Part shown: positions 44,153 to 58,872 of the stretch, in pieces
Layout: each line of letters starts with the position of its first letter
Position numbering within the stretch: position 1 is the stretch's first letter
From: the human T2T-CHM13v2.0 reference genome, Homo sapiens
Assembly (NCBI RefSeq): GCF_009914755.1
Contig: NC_060929.1
Length of the DNA: 64,000 nt
Direction: 5' to 3' (one strand)
Made by a program: the position numbers and the translations under genes
Notes under the pieces: generated by a model
What the model saw: the letters and a program-made list of their open reading frames with translations, nothing else
What the model was told of the DNA's origin: nothing
The model's database searches: none

Positions 44153-45169
44153 GTAAGTGTTCAAGTTAATAATGTTATTATCTTAGTTATATTTGTGTCA
44201 ATATTTCATTTATTACACAAGTAATAGAAAGAAGACAGTAAGTTCTGCTATCACACACTGTTTTTGAGAATAAGACTTTATTCAAATGTAATGGATATAC
44301 TAGGGAACAGCTGGAGCATAATGTGAATGTCATGTTTACTTATCTGCAATTCAAGAGATACCCTACGTGAAAATAGAAAACTTCATCTAGGTGAATCATA
44401 GGACTATACAACAAGCACACATATACATCAAACATATACTATTTACCATAGCAGTGTGTGTCATGAGCCACCCACTTCTGTTGTTAAACTGTCTATCCAA
44501 TTTCGGATAAACTTCCTTCTACCACCCCAAAATAACTCACCCATTTCAATTCTTCCACTTTCCACTTCCACAAGAAAATTTCAAGTATTTTTTTAGGTCT
44601 ATAGTTATATTTATTGTGTTTTTTTATGTATTTCTTAACTATTCAATATGTGTGGAACTATTCTGCTATTTTTATTGTTACAAAAATTTGCTTTCTTAAA
44701 TGTATCACTGACAAAGTTGTTGAGTATTGTGCCCTTAAATCCAATTTTCCCAAAACCTCGTGGTTTTATGACATGATTTTTGATAGCACATTGATTTCTA
44801 TACACATGGATTTTGCATTATAGAAAAAGTGACTGAATTGCTATTAATATATAAAATGAAGTGGGATAGAAAGTGAGTAAAGAAGAGAGAGGATGAAGCA
44901 GAACACAAGAGAGAAGAGGGAAAGAGAGGAGAGTAACGTAGAAAGAAACCTCCAGGCTCTCTGGTGGGGAATTTAGTATGCATTGGTGTTTAGAGATGAA
45001 GAAAAGAATAACTTAAGAATTGAGGGATACATCCTCCATAGGAAGACAGTAGTGTGGATGCGTCTGTGTTGGGATAAACAGTATGATTCATATGTGGGAG
45101 TGGAAATGAGTACTGTAGAAAGATGAGTCCCTGGTTAGCTTTGCTCTATCCACAGAGCATTACATTCAT

Positions 45170-45356
45170 CTAAAGTGTAATTATTAAGCTGTGCTAAGAT
45201 TTTAAATTTAGATCTCTGTTTATCTGTTGAAAATAAGCTTTTTGAAGTAATAACATTTAATTAAATTTGTATATTCAATGTATAATCTCAGTGCCTTTTT
45301 AAGATCATGTCTGATGCATAGGATATCAATAGATGTATATTAAGCAAATGAATAAA
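45170..45356 (+). mobile_element. L2 3'-end relic
   Basis: tctcagtgcc...atgtctgatgcataggatatcaatagatgtatattaagcaaatgaataaa. Confidence 0.5.
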
Positions 45357-45635
45357 ATGGCATAAGAAAACAATGTTGAAGGTCTTTGAAATGTAAGTTT
45401 TGGAAGTCAACAAGGTAACATTAAATGTTTAGCTCAATCATCTGTAATGACTGATCAACTGACATATATTAAAATTTTCTAATGTGGCCCACAGTGTTCA
45501 ACAAGACAAGGTTAAAAAAAAGTAGGAAAACAAGATTTCTTCTAGAGTAGCAGAGAAGAAAACATGCAATTAGGGAAGTTGGATAAGCTCTCTAATGGGC
45601 TTTGATTCATGTATCTACTTGGTACATCAGGTTAC

Positions 45636-46050
45636 TGTTATGGGTTGAATTGCGTTCCTCTCAAATTCATATGCATAAAATCCTAACCCCCATATCTCAG
45701 AAGGTGACCTCATTTTCAGATAGAAACTTTACAGACATAATCAAGTTAAATGAGGTTATTAGGGTGGCCCCTAATCCAATATAACTTGTGTTCATATAAG
45801 AAGGAAAAACTTGGACAGACATATACTGAGAGAAGAGTTAGTGAAGAGACATAGGGAGAAGTCAGCCATCTACAAGCCAAGGAGAGAGGCCTAGACCAAA
45901 CCTTTGTCTCATAGTCCTCAGAAGAAACCAATTCTGCCAATACCTTAATTTTGAACTACTAGTCTCCAGAATTGTGTGAAAATAAATTCTAGTTGCGTAA
46001 GCCTCAGAATTTATACTCCTTCATTATGGCAGACCTAGAAAACCAGTGCA
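45636..46050 (+). mobile_element. MLT1B-like solo LTR
   Basis: tgttatgggttgaattgcgttcc...agggtggcccctaatccaatata...gccatctacaagccaaggagagaggcc...tatggcagacctagaaaac. Confidence 0.88.
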
Positions 46051-46057
46051 AACACTC

Positions 46058-46529
46058 TGTCAGATACTACATGTTTTTTCCAAAGTTCCATTCCAACCCT
46101 CTCTAGTTCTTAACAGTTTTACACAGAGCTAGGAACCTACAAGTCATATTTTGGAGACATCTTTAACAGCTGATTTCTACTTAGTTGCTGTGACTAGGAG
46201 TCCCTTATGGAAATTTAGAAGGGAAGATAAAAGAAAACAGGTCACTTCTTGCTCTGACTGTGATAGAAACATCAACAGAAGATTTTGGCACCTCCAGGAA
46301 TCTGTGGGCTCCGATATCCTTATCAGCAGTGGCAACAAGAAACGCTCCAGCCACAAAACTCCAAGTGAAGGCTTGTGGGCTAGGGTGATCACAGCTTCTA
46401 CATATCTGTGAAATATCTTTTCTCTCTTTTGCAACTTCAGGGCTTCCAAATAGGTTGTTGACTAAATCCTTCTATTCTTAAAATGTCCAGAGGGATTTCA
46501 GCTCTCCTGCTTATACATTGACTGGTGCA
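46058..46529 (+). mobile_element. Old ERVL-type LTR (LTR33-like)
   Basis: tgtcaga...ccattccaaccc at the start; taaatccttctattcttaaaatgtccagagggatttcagctctcctg...tgactggtgca at the end. Confidence 0.45.
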
Positions 46530-46670
46530 GAATAGCCTCCTTCTGTAGTGAATAGAACAGAGACAAACACAAGCAAAGAAGCATCTTCAAGAAGCAAAAC
46601 TGGCACACAGGCAAGAAGGTATACAAGGTTACAATTGGTTGTAGCAACAGAATATAATAAATTCATTTTC

Positions 46671-47194
<524 letters not shown>

Positions 47195-47309
47195 TAATAA
47201 AATGTGTTTAATAGTGAGGTTGGTGAAACAGGAGTAAGTCACATTGGAAAAGACAGCGTAAATAGATCAAGGATTTTGATATTTCAGTAAGTAGTTTGTA
47301 TTATTTTTT

Positions 47310-47440
47310 CATATTTTTCAACCCTTTTACTTTTACAAAATCTCAGTGAGGAAGGCTAGACAGGTATTATTATCTCCATATTACAGACAAGCAAATAATA
47401 AATCAGTTGAATTTAACCAGTTATACTGCTAATTCAGTAT
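47310..47440 (-). mobile_element. MIR fragment
   Basis: aggtattattatctccatattacagacaagcaaat, the MIR core in reverse. Confidence 0.6.
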
Positions 47441-48574
47441 TTGTGATTAACTGTTGTTCTTCATTTTTTGCAATTAAAAAATTAATGATTATTTGTATTT
47501 TAGTAGTAGTTGTCACTTCTCCTTGTCTTATATTGACTTGGTTCTGAATATAATTTCCTATACAAATTACCTATCAACCTTTAATCCAATTCATTTTCCA
47601 AATAATAGGCTTTAAATGATATTACAGTTTATTTTATATGCATTTGCATAAATATTTCAAAGAATCATTTTAATGCTCTAATAATTTACCTTTGTGAAGA
47701 TATATTTTAACATAACATAAACCATATAAACATTTTATTCCTGAAGTGCAGTGCCATGTTTTGATGATATGTCCAGTATGTAAATCAAATAATGTTCCAA
47801 TCAGGCAAAGAAGTAGAAAAAAATAGCTGAAACATGTTAATCTTCAATCTCGTTTGTATTTTTTCTTGAATTTTTTAAACCTTAAATTTACACAGATATT
47901 GTACAGTAAATTCAAATGTAAAATGTCTTAGTATTAATAAATTATATATGTAAAAAATAAGAAATTTCTTTTATGCCAGTAATTTATTTGTAGATATTAG
48001 TCATTTCCATAAATAGGTCCATTATAACTTGATTTATAGTAGCTCTCAAGAAATGCTGTGAAAGCTAAAAGTTGTTCTGTGTTACAAACTTTAATTCACC
48101 ATGAGCAAGTGTACTTTAGGAAGACATAGATAGTTTGAAAAGGACATCCTTGAAAATCAGAGACCATGAAATATACACGTGGGCATCACTCAATCTCTTA
48201 AGAATTACAGGGCATAGAAAATATGTAAGAATGAGCAGGAGTTGTTTCTATAATTATAGGTATGCCTGTAAAAGTAACCTATCCCACATTATATGTCCCT
48301 TTTAGAAATAATACGTGTACCTGGAAACATTTGATTTCCTGGGGAGAAGTTAAACTGATAGAAAACATAATAAGAATACTAGACTTATGGTCATAGTAAG
48401 AGGACATTTAATTTATTAATAAAAATGGGCATTGTGAAATGATACTAGCCATAGCAATAAATATTCTAAAACTAACTTATATGTATAAATAGTTTTTTTA
48501 TTTCTGAATACTAAGAATTAGGAAAGAAAATTTGGGATTTCAGTGGGCGATGAAACTTTCTCCATTGGGAGGAA

Positions 48575-48772
48575 ATACTGAATTTATAATTCTGGATGAG
48601 TCACTAATTGGGTAAAGTCAATTGAGCCATTTTAACTCTGTAAACTAAACTTCCTATTTATAAAATACAGGCTATAATAGAACCTCATGAATATTTGTAT
48701 TCATTAAATGAAATCCTCTGTTAACATATTTAGATTTAGATTTAGCAAGTGCTTAATAAATACTTGCTATTA
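48575..48772 (+). mobile_element. MIR fragment
   Basis: cttcctatttataaaatacaggctataatagaacctcatgaatatttgtattcattaaatga...aagtgcttaataaatacttgctatta. Confidence 0.6.
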
Positions 48773-49103
48773 GCTTATTTTCAAAATACCTTTATATCTA
48801 TTTATAAAGAGAGTTATATATAGTGAAAATTGCTTGAAGGAGAAAGCACAGTGATGCCAGAAATGATAAAATATCAATTATAGCATGCTTCATTAGATTT
48901 AGTTTATTTTGTCCCCAAAGCCAGCCTTAAAAAACTAGAAATTCTGACCTCAATTATTAACTTTTCTCTACAAATTTAAATGCATTTTCACTTATCACAA
49001 TTTGGAAATGTTATTAAGTATTTTACAATAAAGTCAGAGGAAACGGCTGTATATAAATTTAAAGAGTGATTAGAATATATACAATTGAACTTTTATTATT
49101 CTA

Positions 49104-49383
49104 TTTCTTTTTTTTCTCTTTTTTTATTATACTTTAAGTTCTGAGATACATGTGCAGAATGTGCAGGTTTGTTACATAGGTATACACGTGCCATGGTGGT
49201 TTGCTACACCCATCAACCCATCATCTACATTAGGTATTTCTCCTAGGCTACATTAGGTATCCTTCTCCTAGCCCCCCCACCCACCGACAGGTCCCGGTGT
49301 GTGACATTCCCCTCCCTGTGTCCATGTGTTCTCATTGTTCAACTGCCACTTATGAGTGAGAACATGCAGTGTTTGGTTTTCTG
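49104..49383 (-). mobile_element. L1PA7/8-like 3' end
   Basis: Poly(T), then ttatactttaagttctgagatacatgtgcagaatgtgcagg...ccatggtggtttgct. Contains a local ctacattaggtat duplication. Confidence 0.92.
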
Positions 49384-49539
49384 GTCTAATACTAATTGTA
49401 TTTTTCTTCTTTACTTTCTGTTCTGTTTGACACCAACATTAACTAAGTGTAAATAATTTGGAAGTAAATTTCATATTCTATTAGAAGATGATAGGTTTGT
49501 GGACAAACACTGAGCTGCATAAGGCAGATTAGAGTGGTC

Positions 49540-50645
49540 TGAGGCAACAGGAGGGGATGTTAAAATTTTCAATAAGGAAGTGAGGCTAAGTCTCGATGAG
49601 AGGACACTACTCTTAAATATTATTTTAGTACAGGTATGTGGTTAGAGTGTGAACCAAATGCATTTCTGGTAGAAGAACATTATAGCAGAAGAGAAAATCC
49701 AGTACAGAGAACTCGATGCAGAATTGTGCCTGAATTATCTGGGAAATATCAACAGGTTCAGTTTGACAGAACAAGCAGTAGACCAAAAGGAAGTAAAGTA
49801 AGATAGATCACTGGGAGCTAGAGGAGAGAGTGGGTGCAAGTCAGGTAGAGCCTCTGGTCTCTTACTGCCAGGATACAGGATATTGTTACCGTTAAAGCAC
49901 AGATGCTGGAAAAAGACTGCTTGGATTCAAATCCTATGCTGCCACCCTTAGCCAGGTAATCTGGATCAATAAACTGATCTTCTTTGTCCTTTAGATACTC
50001 TATTTGTAAGACTGTGATAATAATACTGCCAACACCATAGAAATTTTTGTAAGTATTATTTTGCAGAGTGAAATGGGAAGCTGTGGATTTTAAGCAGAGT
50101 AATGATATCATCTGACTTCTGTTAAAAGTTTACTACGACTAGAGTGAGGAAAGCATGAAAAAGCAAAACCAAGAAGAGCACTGAAGGGAGCTATTATGAT
50201 AATTCAGGTGAGATAGGATGAGTGTCTTGTTCTAGTAGTGGAGGTGTTGGGAAATTTTATATTTTACACACATGTTGAAGAAATACAAACAAAAGATCAT
50301 GACAGATTGGCTATGGACTATGAGAGAAAGCCAAGAGTTAAAGATAACTGCAAGGTTTTTCAACTGATCAATAGAAGCTGGGATCAGTTGAAATGGGGGA
50401 AGACTAGGAGATGGGAAAATGAGGATTAAAGAAAACCAGTGATTTTTGAAGGTGGAAAATTTGAGATTTTTACCAAATAGTGATTGAAGAGCTGAAAATA
50501 ACTATTAAATGGTAAGTTAGAAATGTGTGACTGGTGTTTAGAAGGTAAAATACTGCTTGCAATACAAATTTAAAAATGTCCACATAGAGATGATATTTAA
50601 TATCATAAAATTACATGAGTTCACTAAAATAGTAAATGTAGATGC
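49540..50645 (-). mobile_element. L2 fragment interrupted by a MIR
   Basis: ggattttaagcagagtaatgatatcatctgactt...ggagctattatgataattcaggtgaga...agagttaaagataactgcaaggttttt. Confidence 0.7.
49885..50060 (+). mobile_element. MIR
   Basis: aagcacagatgctggaaaaagactgcttggattcaaatcc...ctatttgtaagactgtgataataatac. Confidence 0.75.
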
Positions 50646-50678
50646 ACACACAGATGCACACACAAACATACACTTTAT

Positions 50679-50891
50679 ATAAAGTTTGAGTATCCCTTAT
50701 CCTAAATACTTGGGACCAGAAGTGTTTTAAATTTTGGATATTCTTTTTCAGACTTTGGAACACTTACGATATTCAATATCCATAATTCAAAAATCTGAAA
50801 TCCAAAATGCTCCAATGAGCATTATATCAGTTCCCAAAGAGTTTTGGACTTTGGAGCATTTTGAATTTTAGATTTTTGGATTATGGATACC

Positions 50892-50893
<2 letters not shown>
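50679..50893 (+). mobile_element. Tigger4/MER46 (Zombi) MITE
   Basis: ttgagtatcccttatcctaaatacttgggaccagaagtg...aaaatctgaaatccaaaatgctccaa...ttggagcattttgaattttagatttttggattatggata, with internal inverted repeats. Confidence 0.85.

Positions 50894-50944
<51 letters not shown>
50893..50944. repeat. (CA)n microsatellite
   Basis: About 20 AC units, one interruption, then about 5 more. Confidence 0.95.
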
Positions 50945-50945
<1 letters not shown>

Positions 50946-52936
50946 TATTTATGTATGCATAAAATTTGTATATGTGTGTATTTGTACAACAATGCATCCT
51001 TGCGTGCATATTTACTTGAATATAATTGAATTGACATGTTTTACAATATATATCACCTGCAAGAAAAATGTGGACACTCTAGTGTTTTAAGAATCAGGCA
51101 ATGTCTTCAAACACACAAATTTCTTCTAAGGCAACCTGTCATGAGGTACGTTATCTGACAAGTGGTAGATACTTGTATAATAGAGAAAGCCAGCATCTAT
51201 TTCTGAATCATGGCTTATGGCAAGAAAGGACAAATTGAACAAGAAGTCAACAGCGCAAAGCTGAACACAAAATCTCTCCTTCTGTGAAACATTGACCTGC
51301 CATGGATGTCACATTCAGATTCTTGAGTAGCTTCAAAGTGTCACTCTGAACCAGCTGCACCATCAACTGGAAAGACTGCCTCACAAATCAACCATACCAC
51401 TAACAGTGTATTTCTAAAGAGATGCATGAAGGTAGGAAAAGCCACCATCTATTTTTTTGGTTTATTTCAAATAATTTGCTTGGGGATATACTGGGACTAC
51501 CATGTCAAACAAAAAGATATAATGTAAGACACTTTGGAAGATATCCACTTGGAAGACAGATGAGAAGATAGAGCAAAATCATGAAGAGTTTATTTTAATG
51601 ATTGAGAAAATTTACCTAGTGCAGCAAACCAAAAACCAATGTGAGTGTAGGTCTCAAGGACTTACTAGCACATGGACAAATATGATAGCACTGAAAACTG
51701 TGAGATTTTCAAGAAGGATATTGAAAAAGCAAAGACACACGCATGCACACACACATTTACAAATACACACACTGCTGTCGGTCTTTGAAAGTCATTTTTC
51801 TTGATGAACATGTATCACTATTAAGAAACACAAATACACAGTTATCTCTTTATAATACTACTTATAATGTGTAGCTAACTAGAGTAATATAATTACAGTT
51901 ATTTATTTCTGAAAAAGAAAAACTAAATGTTCTAGATAAATTATAATTTAAACAAATTATACTGTACTTTACAAGAAATGTTGGGGCATTGTAGATGCCA
52001 GAAGTGAAGAATATTCTGAGAACTAGACAGAGAGGTAAATAAGTTAATAAAGCAGTAGCCATGTGAAGTTTTTGAAACAGCAATGATTAGAGTAGTGGGC
52101 TTTCATGCCTGCAAAAATCCTAAGAATTGGTACCAGCAAAGACCTCTAGTATTAGTGACGAAAGATCTAATTGAATCTTTCACCAGATAAAATGAAATTT
52201 ACCTGGCCATGTGTGTGGGAAAAAGCTCTCAACAGAAAGCAAAAGAATAGCCCTGCAACTTTGACGTGTTTGAACACAGACTTACACTGTCCTCACAATG
52301 TGGGGATACCACAAGCTGAGAAGCTGGCAATTAAAAAATGATCCTGGTGTGGTGAAAACCCTTGAGGGGTCTACAAATCAAGTGAAAAATTGCTATGGAG
52401 GAACATATTAGTTCATGTAGGATTTACAAAGGGGAAAATCAAAAGATGCCATATTAAGATGAGCTCATAAGCTCAAAATAAAAAATTACAACATTCATAG
52501 TAAGTGAAAGTCAACAGTCAAATGTACCAGGAGACCTCAAGCTATTGGCCTTAAACTCAAAGTCAATGCCAAGAGCATAACATTTTAGAATGACAAAAAA
52601 AAAAAAAATTAACACACACAGGCACACTTGCACATAGCCTAAGTCTTGTTAAAAGGATTAAAGAGATAACAGAGTGTCTTTTCATGAAATACAATAAACT
52701 TGAGAAAATACTATCTTAATTTGTCAGTGGAAAAGCCAAGATGGGAGTTAATATACTCCTGTACATTTCCCAGAAACCATAATAATTAGTGACAGTAAAC
52801 TTTGAAAGGTGAAAGAAGGTAACCTTAAAACCAGGAGGACTAGTTAAAGGCCTAATTTAGCATAAATTCTCAGTTAGTCTTTCTCTCTACTCCATGCATG
52901 CAGGAGGTTGCAATTTCTCTATTTAAAAGAAGATAA

Positions 52937-53260
52937 GAATACTATTCAGTCATAAAAAGGACTGAAATAATAGCATTTGCAGCAACCTGGATGGAACTGA
53001 AGACCATTATTTTAAGTGAAGTAATTCAGGAATGGAAAACTAAACATCGTATGTTCTCATTGTAAGTGGGAGCTAAACTACGGCGATGAGAAGCTATAAG
53101 AATCATACAATGAATTCTAAGGACTTGGAAGAAAGGGTGGGAGGAGAGTGAGGGATAAAAGACTACAAATTGGGTACAGTGTATGCTGCTCAGGTGATGA
53201 GTGCACCAAAATCTCACAAATCACCACTAAAGAACTTACTCATGTAACCAAACACTGCCT
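52937..53260 (+). mobile_element. L1PB1-like 3' fragment lacking its terminal bases and poly(A)
   Basis: gaatactattcagtcataaaaagg...gtgagggataaaagactacaaattgggtacagtg...catgtaaccaaacactgcct. Confidence 0.88.
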
Positions 53261-53790
53261 TTAAAGAAGGTAGGATTATACTCTAGAGAGCATCAAACAA
53301 AAATTATCTGGCCTGAGATGAAAACCTGAATGTTGGGAGAACATCCTATTCACAAGGAGTTTAAGGGTTAGCCAAATATTTCTACTATTTGATGTTCTAA
53401 TTGTTAACACTTTATTTAAATGAGTGATGAGAAATGGGCATTATCTTCTCTAAAATGTATGACAAACCCAAGACCAAATTAAAAAAAAAAAGAAAAATAT
53501 TATCAGCAGTGATTTTCACCATGATAAGTTACAGAAAGATCATCATCATTCTACAGTAAAGAACACAATGGGCAAGTATCCTCACATGCATTTAATTGAA
53601 CTTGTTGTTTTAGTACCCCTGTCTTGTACGTGAGAGAACAGATCAAGAGCACCAGGACAGTAACTACTACAAAAACAGAAACTAAAGCAATTTGAAAAAA
53701 AGGAAGCAACTTGATATAATTAATTTATGCATGTAAAAGAAATGTTACTTTATAGACTTAAAGAACACTGCATCTGTTAAAAAGAATCAG

Positions 53791-54120
53791 ATGAGTTCAT
53801 GTCCTTTGCAGGGACATGGATGAAGCTGGAAACCGTCATTCTCAGCAAACTGTCGCAAGGACAAAAAACCAAACACCGCATGTTCTCACTCATAGGTAGG
53901 AATTGAACAGTGAGAACACTTGGACACAGGAAGGGGAACATCACACACCGGGGCCTGTCGTGGGGAGGGGGGAGGGGGGAGGGATAGCATTAGGAGATAT
54001 ACCTAATGTAAATGACGAGTTAATGGGTGTAGCACACCAACATGGCGCATGTATACATATGTAACAAACCTGCACGTTGTGCATATGTACCCCAGAACTT
54101 AAAGTATAATAAAAAAAATT
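53791..54120 (+). mobile_element. L1PA5-like 3' end (330 bp)
   Basis: atgagttcatgtcctttgcaggg...cctaatgtaaatgacgag...A tail. TSD aaagaatcag at 53781-53790 and 54121-54130. Confidence 0.95.
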
Positions 54121-54169
54121 AAAGAATCAGTTATAATATACATTTCATATATTTTCTCACACAACATTT

Positions 54170-55500
54170 AATGGAAAAGGTGAAGGCAGATAGTCTTGTC
54201 TTGCTGCTGAGCTCAAGGGGAAAGCATTCATTTTTTTAATCATAAGTACAGTCTTAGATGCCCTCAGGTGCCCTCTGTTAGGTTAAGGAAGCTCCTTTCC
54301 TGTGGAAGTTACACAACGTAGGTATTAATATAGCCACTTTGGTCCACTTTAGCTTAGTGTTTACATAGTATGTCATTTTCCAATATGTTAGTTTCAGCTT
54401 GAGTATATCTATGTATTTAAAATGTGTTTCTTGTAAGCAATGTATAATAATGCCTTACTTGTTCATTATGTCTGGTGTCTTTGCCTTTTAATTGAAAAGC
54501 TTAAGTCAAATATATACAATTAATAATTCATATGTCTGATTTAAGTCTTCCATCTTGCCATTTGGATTTCATTTATCTGACTTTTTTTAAAATTTTTTTC
54601 TTTCTTTGTCTTCCCTGTTTTCTTTGTTGTGAATATACCATATATTGACTTATTACCTACATAAGTTTCTTTTCATTATGCTATGCATTTTAATATGCAA
54701 ATATTATTCTATTTCATAATCATTTTAGGAACCTTATATAAGTAAAATACGTTTATTTTCTTCCAAGTTTTGTGTACTTGTTGCTTTACTTTCTTTTACA
54801 ATATAAACTCTCTATTTTATTTAGTTTAAAATAATATTAAGCCATTAATAATTTTATGACTCTACATATGAAAGAATACTAAAAAATTGTGTTTTTATAT
54901 TTTTCTAGGTATATTCTTTTTCTAGAGCTGTTAGTTACATAGTGTACATCTGGCTGTTAGTTTTTCCCTTAATCTTGAGGAACTTTTTTACTATTTTTTG
55001 TGGTAAATGTACTGGATGAAATACTTTCAGGTTTTGACTGGAAATATTTTTGAAACCTGCTGAAATTTAAAACAATACCTTTTCTAAATATAAAATTGTA
55101 GGTTAAAATTCCGATTTATTTTCTTTCTGCCATTTTGAAATTCTGTTTTCTTCTCCTCTTTATTTTTTTCCTGATCAGAAGTCAGTAGTCATTAATTTTG
55201 TTATTCTACTACAAAAAGACACATGCACATGTGGTGAGTACTCTTTTATTGCCCCTTGAGATTTTCTCTTTTTCTTTGGTTTAAATCACTTAATTTTTAA
55301 TATAAAAATAGATGTAATATCTGTATATCATTTCCTCGGGGTTTTGCTAAACTTCGTGTATGTATAATTAATATATTTCATCTACTGGGAATATTCCCAT
55401 TCGTTATATCTTCAAATAATTGTCTTATTCATCTTTTATATATTCTTCTGGGACTCTAGTTACATAGAGGTTAGACAATTTGATATTATAGCACATATAG
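54170..55500 (-). mobile_element. Degraded L1M fragments (ORF2 5' part and ORF1)
   Basis: tcttgtcttgctgctgagctcaaggggaaagcattca; gtgtttcttgtaagcaatg; ttcttctgggactctagttacatagaggttagac. Confidence 0.55.
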
Positions 55501-55509
55501 AGACACTTC

Positions 55510-56201
55510 TTATTTTATTTTATTTTATTTTTCAACTTTCATTTTAGATTTGCAGTACACGTGCAAGTTTTTACAAATGCATATTGTGTGATGCTGAAAT
55601 TTGGAGTACCAATAAATCCATCACCCAGGTAGTGAGCATAGTACCCCATATGTAGTTTTTAAGCCCTTTCCTCCCTCTCTTACTCTTCTTTCTAAGAGTC
55701 CTCAGTGGATTATTGTTCCCATCTTTATGTCCATGTGTACCCAATGTTTAGCTTCCACTCATAAGTGAGAACATTAAGTATTTAAGGTTTTCTGTTCCTA
55801 TGTTAATTTGATTAAAATAATGGCATCCAGCTACATCCATATTGCTGCAAAGGGCATAATTTCATTCTTTTTAATGGCTGAGTAGTATTCCATGGTATAT
55901 AGATACTACATTTTCTTTATCCCATCCACCCTTGATGGGCACCTGTGTTGATTACATATCTTTTCTATTGTGAATAGTGCTGTGATGAACATTCAAGTGA
56001 ATGTGACTTTTGGTTAGAATAATTATTTTCCTTTAGGTATATACCCGGTAATGAGATTGCTTGGTTGAATGGTAGTTCTGTTTTAAGTTATTTGAGAAAT
56101 CTTCAAACTGCTGTTCACAGTAGTTGAACTAATTTACATTCCTAACAACAGTGTATTAGTATTCTCTTTTTTCTGCAGCTTTGCCAACATTTGTTATTTT
56201 T

Positions 56202-56237
<36 letters not shown>

Positions 56238-57030
56238 CAGATGCTTGCTCTGTCGCCCTGGCTGGAGTGCAGTGGTGCGATCTCAGCTCACTGCAAGCTC
56301 CACCTCCTGGGTTCATGCCATTTTCCTGCCTCAACCTCCTGAGTAGCTGGGACTACAGGCACCTGCCACCATGCCTGGCTTATTTTTTGTATTTTTAGTA
56401 GAGATGGGGTTTCACCATGTTACCCAGGATGGTCTCGATCTCCTGACCTCGTGATCCACCTGCCTCAACTTCCTAAAGTGCTGGGATTACAGGAGTGAGC
56501 CATAGCACCCAGCGTATTTTTTGACTTTTTAACAAAAACAATTCTGACTAGTGTGAGATGGTACTGCTTAGGTAAATTTACAGATTCAATGTTATGCTTA
56601 TTAAATTACCAATGTCATTTTTCACAGAATTAGATAAAAAACTATTCTAAAATTTATATGGAACCAAAAGGAGCCCAAATAGTCAAAGTTATCCTAACAA
56701 GAATCAAGCCAGATACATCACATTTCTTGACTTTAAACTATATTACAAGGCTACAGTAACCAAAAAAGCATGGTACTGGTACAAACATACACATATAGAT
56801 CAATTGAAGAGAAGAGGATTCAGAAATAAAGCTGCACATCTACAGCCATTTGATCTTCAAATTAAGCAATGGGGAATGAATTCCTCTACAATAAATGATG
56901 CTGTGATAACTGGCTATCTATATGCAGTATAATGAAACTGTGGTCCTACATATCACCTTATACAAAAATAAATTCAAGATGAATTAAAGTCTTAAATGTA
57001 AAACCTCTAACTATAAGAATCCTGGAAGAA
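55510..57030 (-). mobile_element. Older primate L1 (L1PA15/16-like) with an inverted 5' portion and an Alu insertion
   Basis: Reverse 3' end at 55510-56563. Plus-strand ORF2 segment ~56570-57030 (tacagattcaatg...aagaatcctggaagaaa). Confidence 0.85.
56206..56514 (-). mobile_element. AluY-like
   Basis: Long poly(T), caagctccacctcctgggttcatgcc, ggatggtctcgatctcctgacctcgtga. TSD tatttttagac / tattttttgac. Confidence 0.95.
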
Positions 57031-58217
57031 ACATCTGTATTAATTAATTATATTAATCCATTTGACCACTGCTTTATGACCTGTATCGTGCAATTTTCTC
57101 TGAAATTTTCAAAATATGTTTACTACTTTTTATTAAGAAACAAAAAGGTATAATAAAAATTATGGAATAACTCAGGAAACCCAAAGTGTTCAACTAAAAG
57201 CATATTTTAAAAATATTTCAAACTCTATTTGTGTACATCTATTATTTCACATACTTTGTTTCACCTGTTGAAAACCAATTTCATTTTTAAATCTACATTG
57301 GCCCACATCAATAACTCCTGAATTGAAATCCCCACTGGATTAAAGGGCATAAATAACAAGGGTGATCTTAAAGTGCTAATTCAATTACTTAAATAAAGAT
57401 TTAATTGTATATGCTGTGTCTGTTTCTCACCGCTGGATCAATAATTTGTGAACAAGAAGTAATGTCACCCTATCCTAATGTGGACAGGCAAATATTAAAC
57501 CATAAAGTTATAATTAAGATAAAAAAGAAAGTTTCCAAAACTGCATGGGGAAAGGGGGTTTTTACAGGAAAAAAATTAAAAAATGTAAACATAATTTGTC
57601 ATTCAACCATGATTATAGATTTTGTTTTCATTGTAAGGTACCTTTTCTATGTTTCCTTAGACCTTTTATTAATGTACAAAACTACATTAATGACTGACTA
57701 GCCATCAGTGTTTTTAATTTTACAAAATGGATACCTTAGTTAATAGAAATTATTTTTATTTTTCTTCTAAGAATTTTTAAGAGAAATAAAGGGAATAAAT
57801 ATGTAAAAAAACAACTTGTTAAAGAACTTTAAATATTAGTCTTTAAAATTGTTATGTTGTTTTCATTTGACAGTAAATGAGGATATATATGTTAGTATTG
57901 TCTATAGTAACTTTGGTAATAAGCATATACTATATATTGGCTACATACATGAACATATAAATTTCATTATCTATCTTCATTGGGTGTTAGTTTTCACAAT
58001 TAATTTCGTTTTATTAATTATTATGTTATTTGTTTTAATAGATCTGTAATATATCAAAGTAACAAAATTCCTTGTTTTTTATTAAAGTACCAAGATGTTG
58101 ATCCAGGAACAATTATAAATATTTTTAAAAGAAAGCTGTATTAGCTATGCACAAATATTTATGTCTGTGTTGGAAAACAAAACAATATAAAAAGGTGAAA
58201 GGTAAATGCAGAAAAAA

Positions 58218-58462
58218 TTATTTTTAAACAACTTTACTAAGATGTAATTTACATATCATAAAATTTACCCATTTAAAGTGTATAATCCAGTGATTTTTAG
58301 CATGATGAAAACGTTGTACGACCATTACTACGATTTTAAAGCATTAATACCTGACAAAGAAACTCCACAACCATTAACAGTCATTTCTCATTTACCTCCT
58401 CACTATAACTTGGACCAAGGCAATCACTTATCAACTTTCTGTTGCTATATGTCTATTCTGTC
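58218..58462 (-). mobile_element. L1MB-type 3' end
   Basis: aacaactttactaagatgtaatttacatatcataaaatttacccatttaaagtgtataatccagtgatttttag. Confidence 0.75.
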
Positions 58463-58572
58463 TTTTTAAAAATTACTCTTATCTAAATGTAATTATGTAT
58501 CCTTTGACCAAGATGTCCTCATGGCCCCTTCCCCTTAACTTGTTTTCATACTGTTCTTCAAGTTTGAACTTT

Positions 58573-58872
<300 letters not shown>

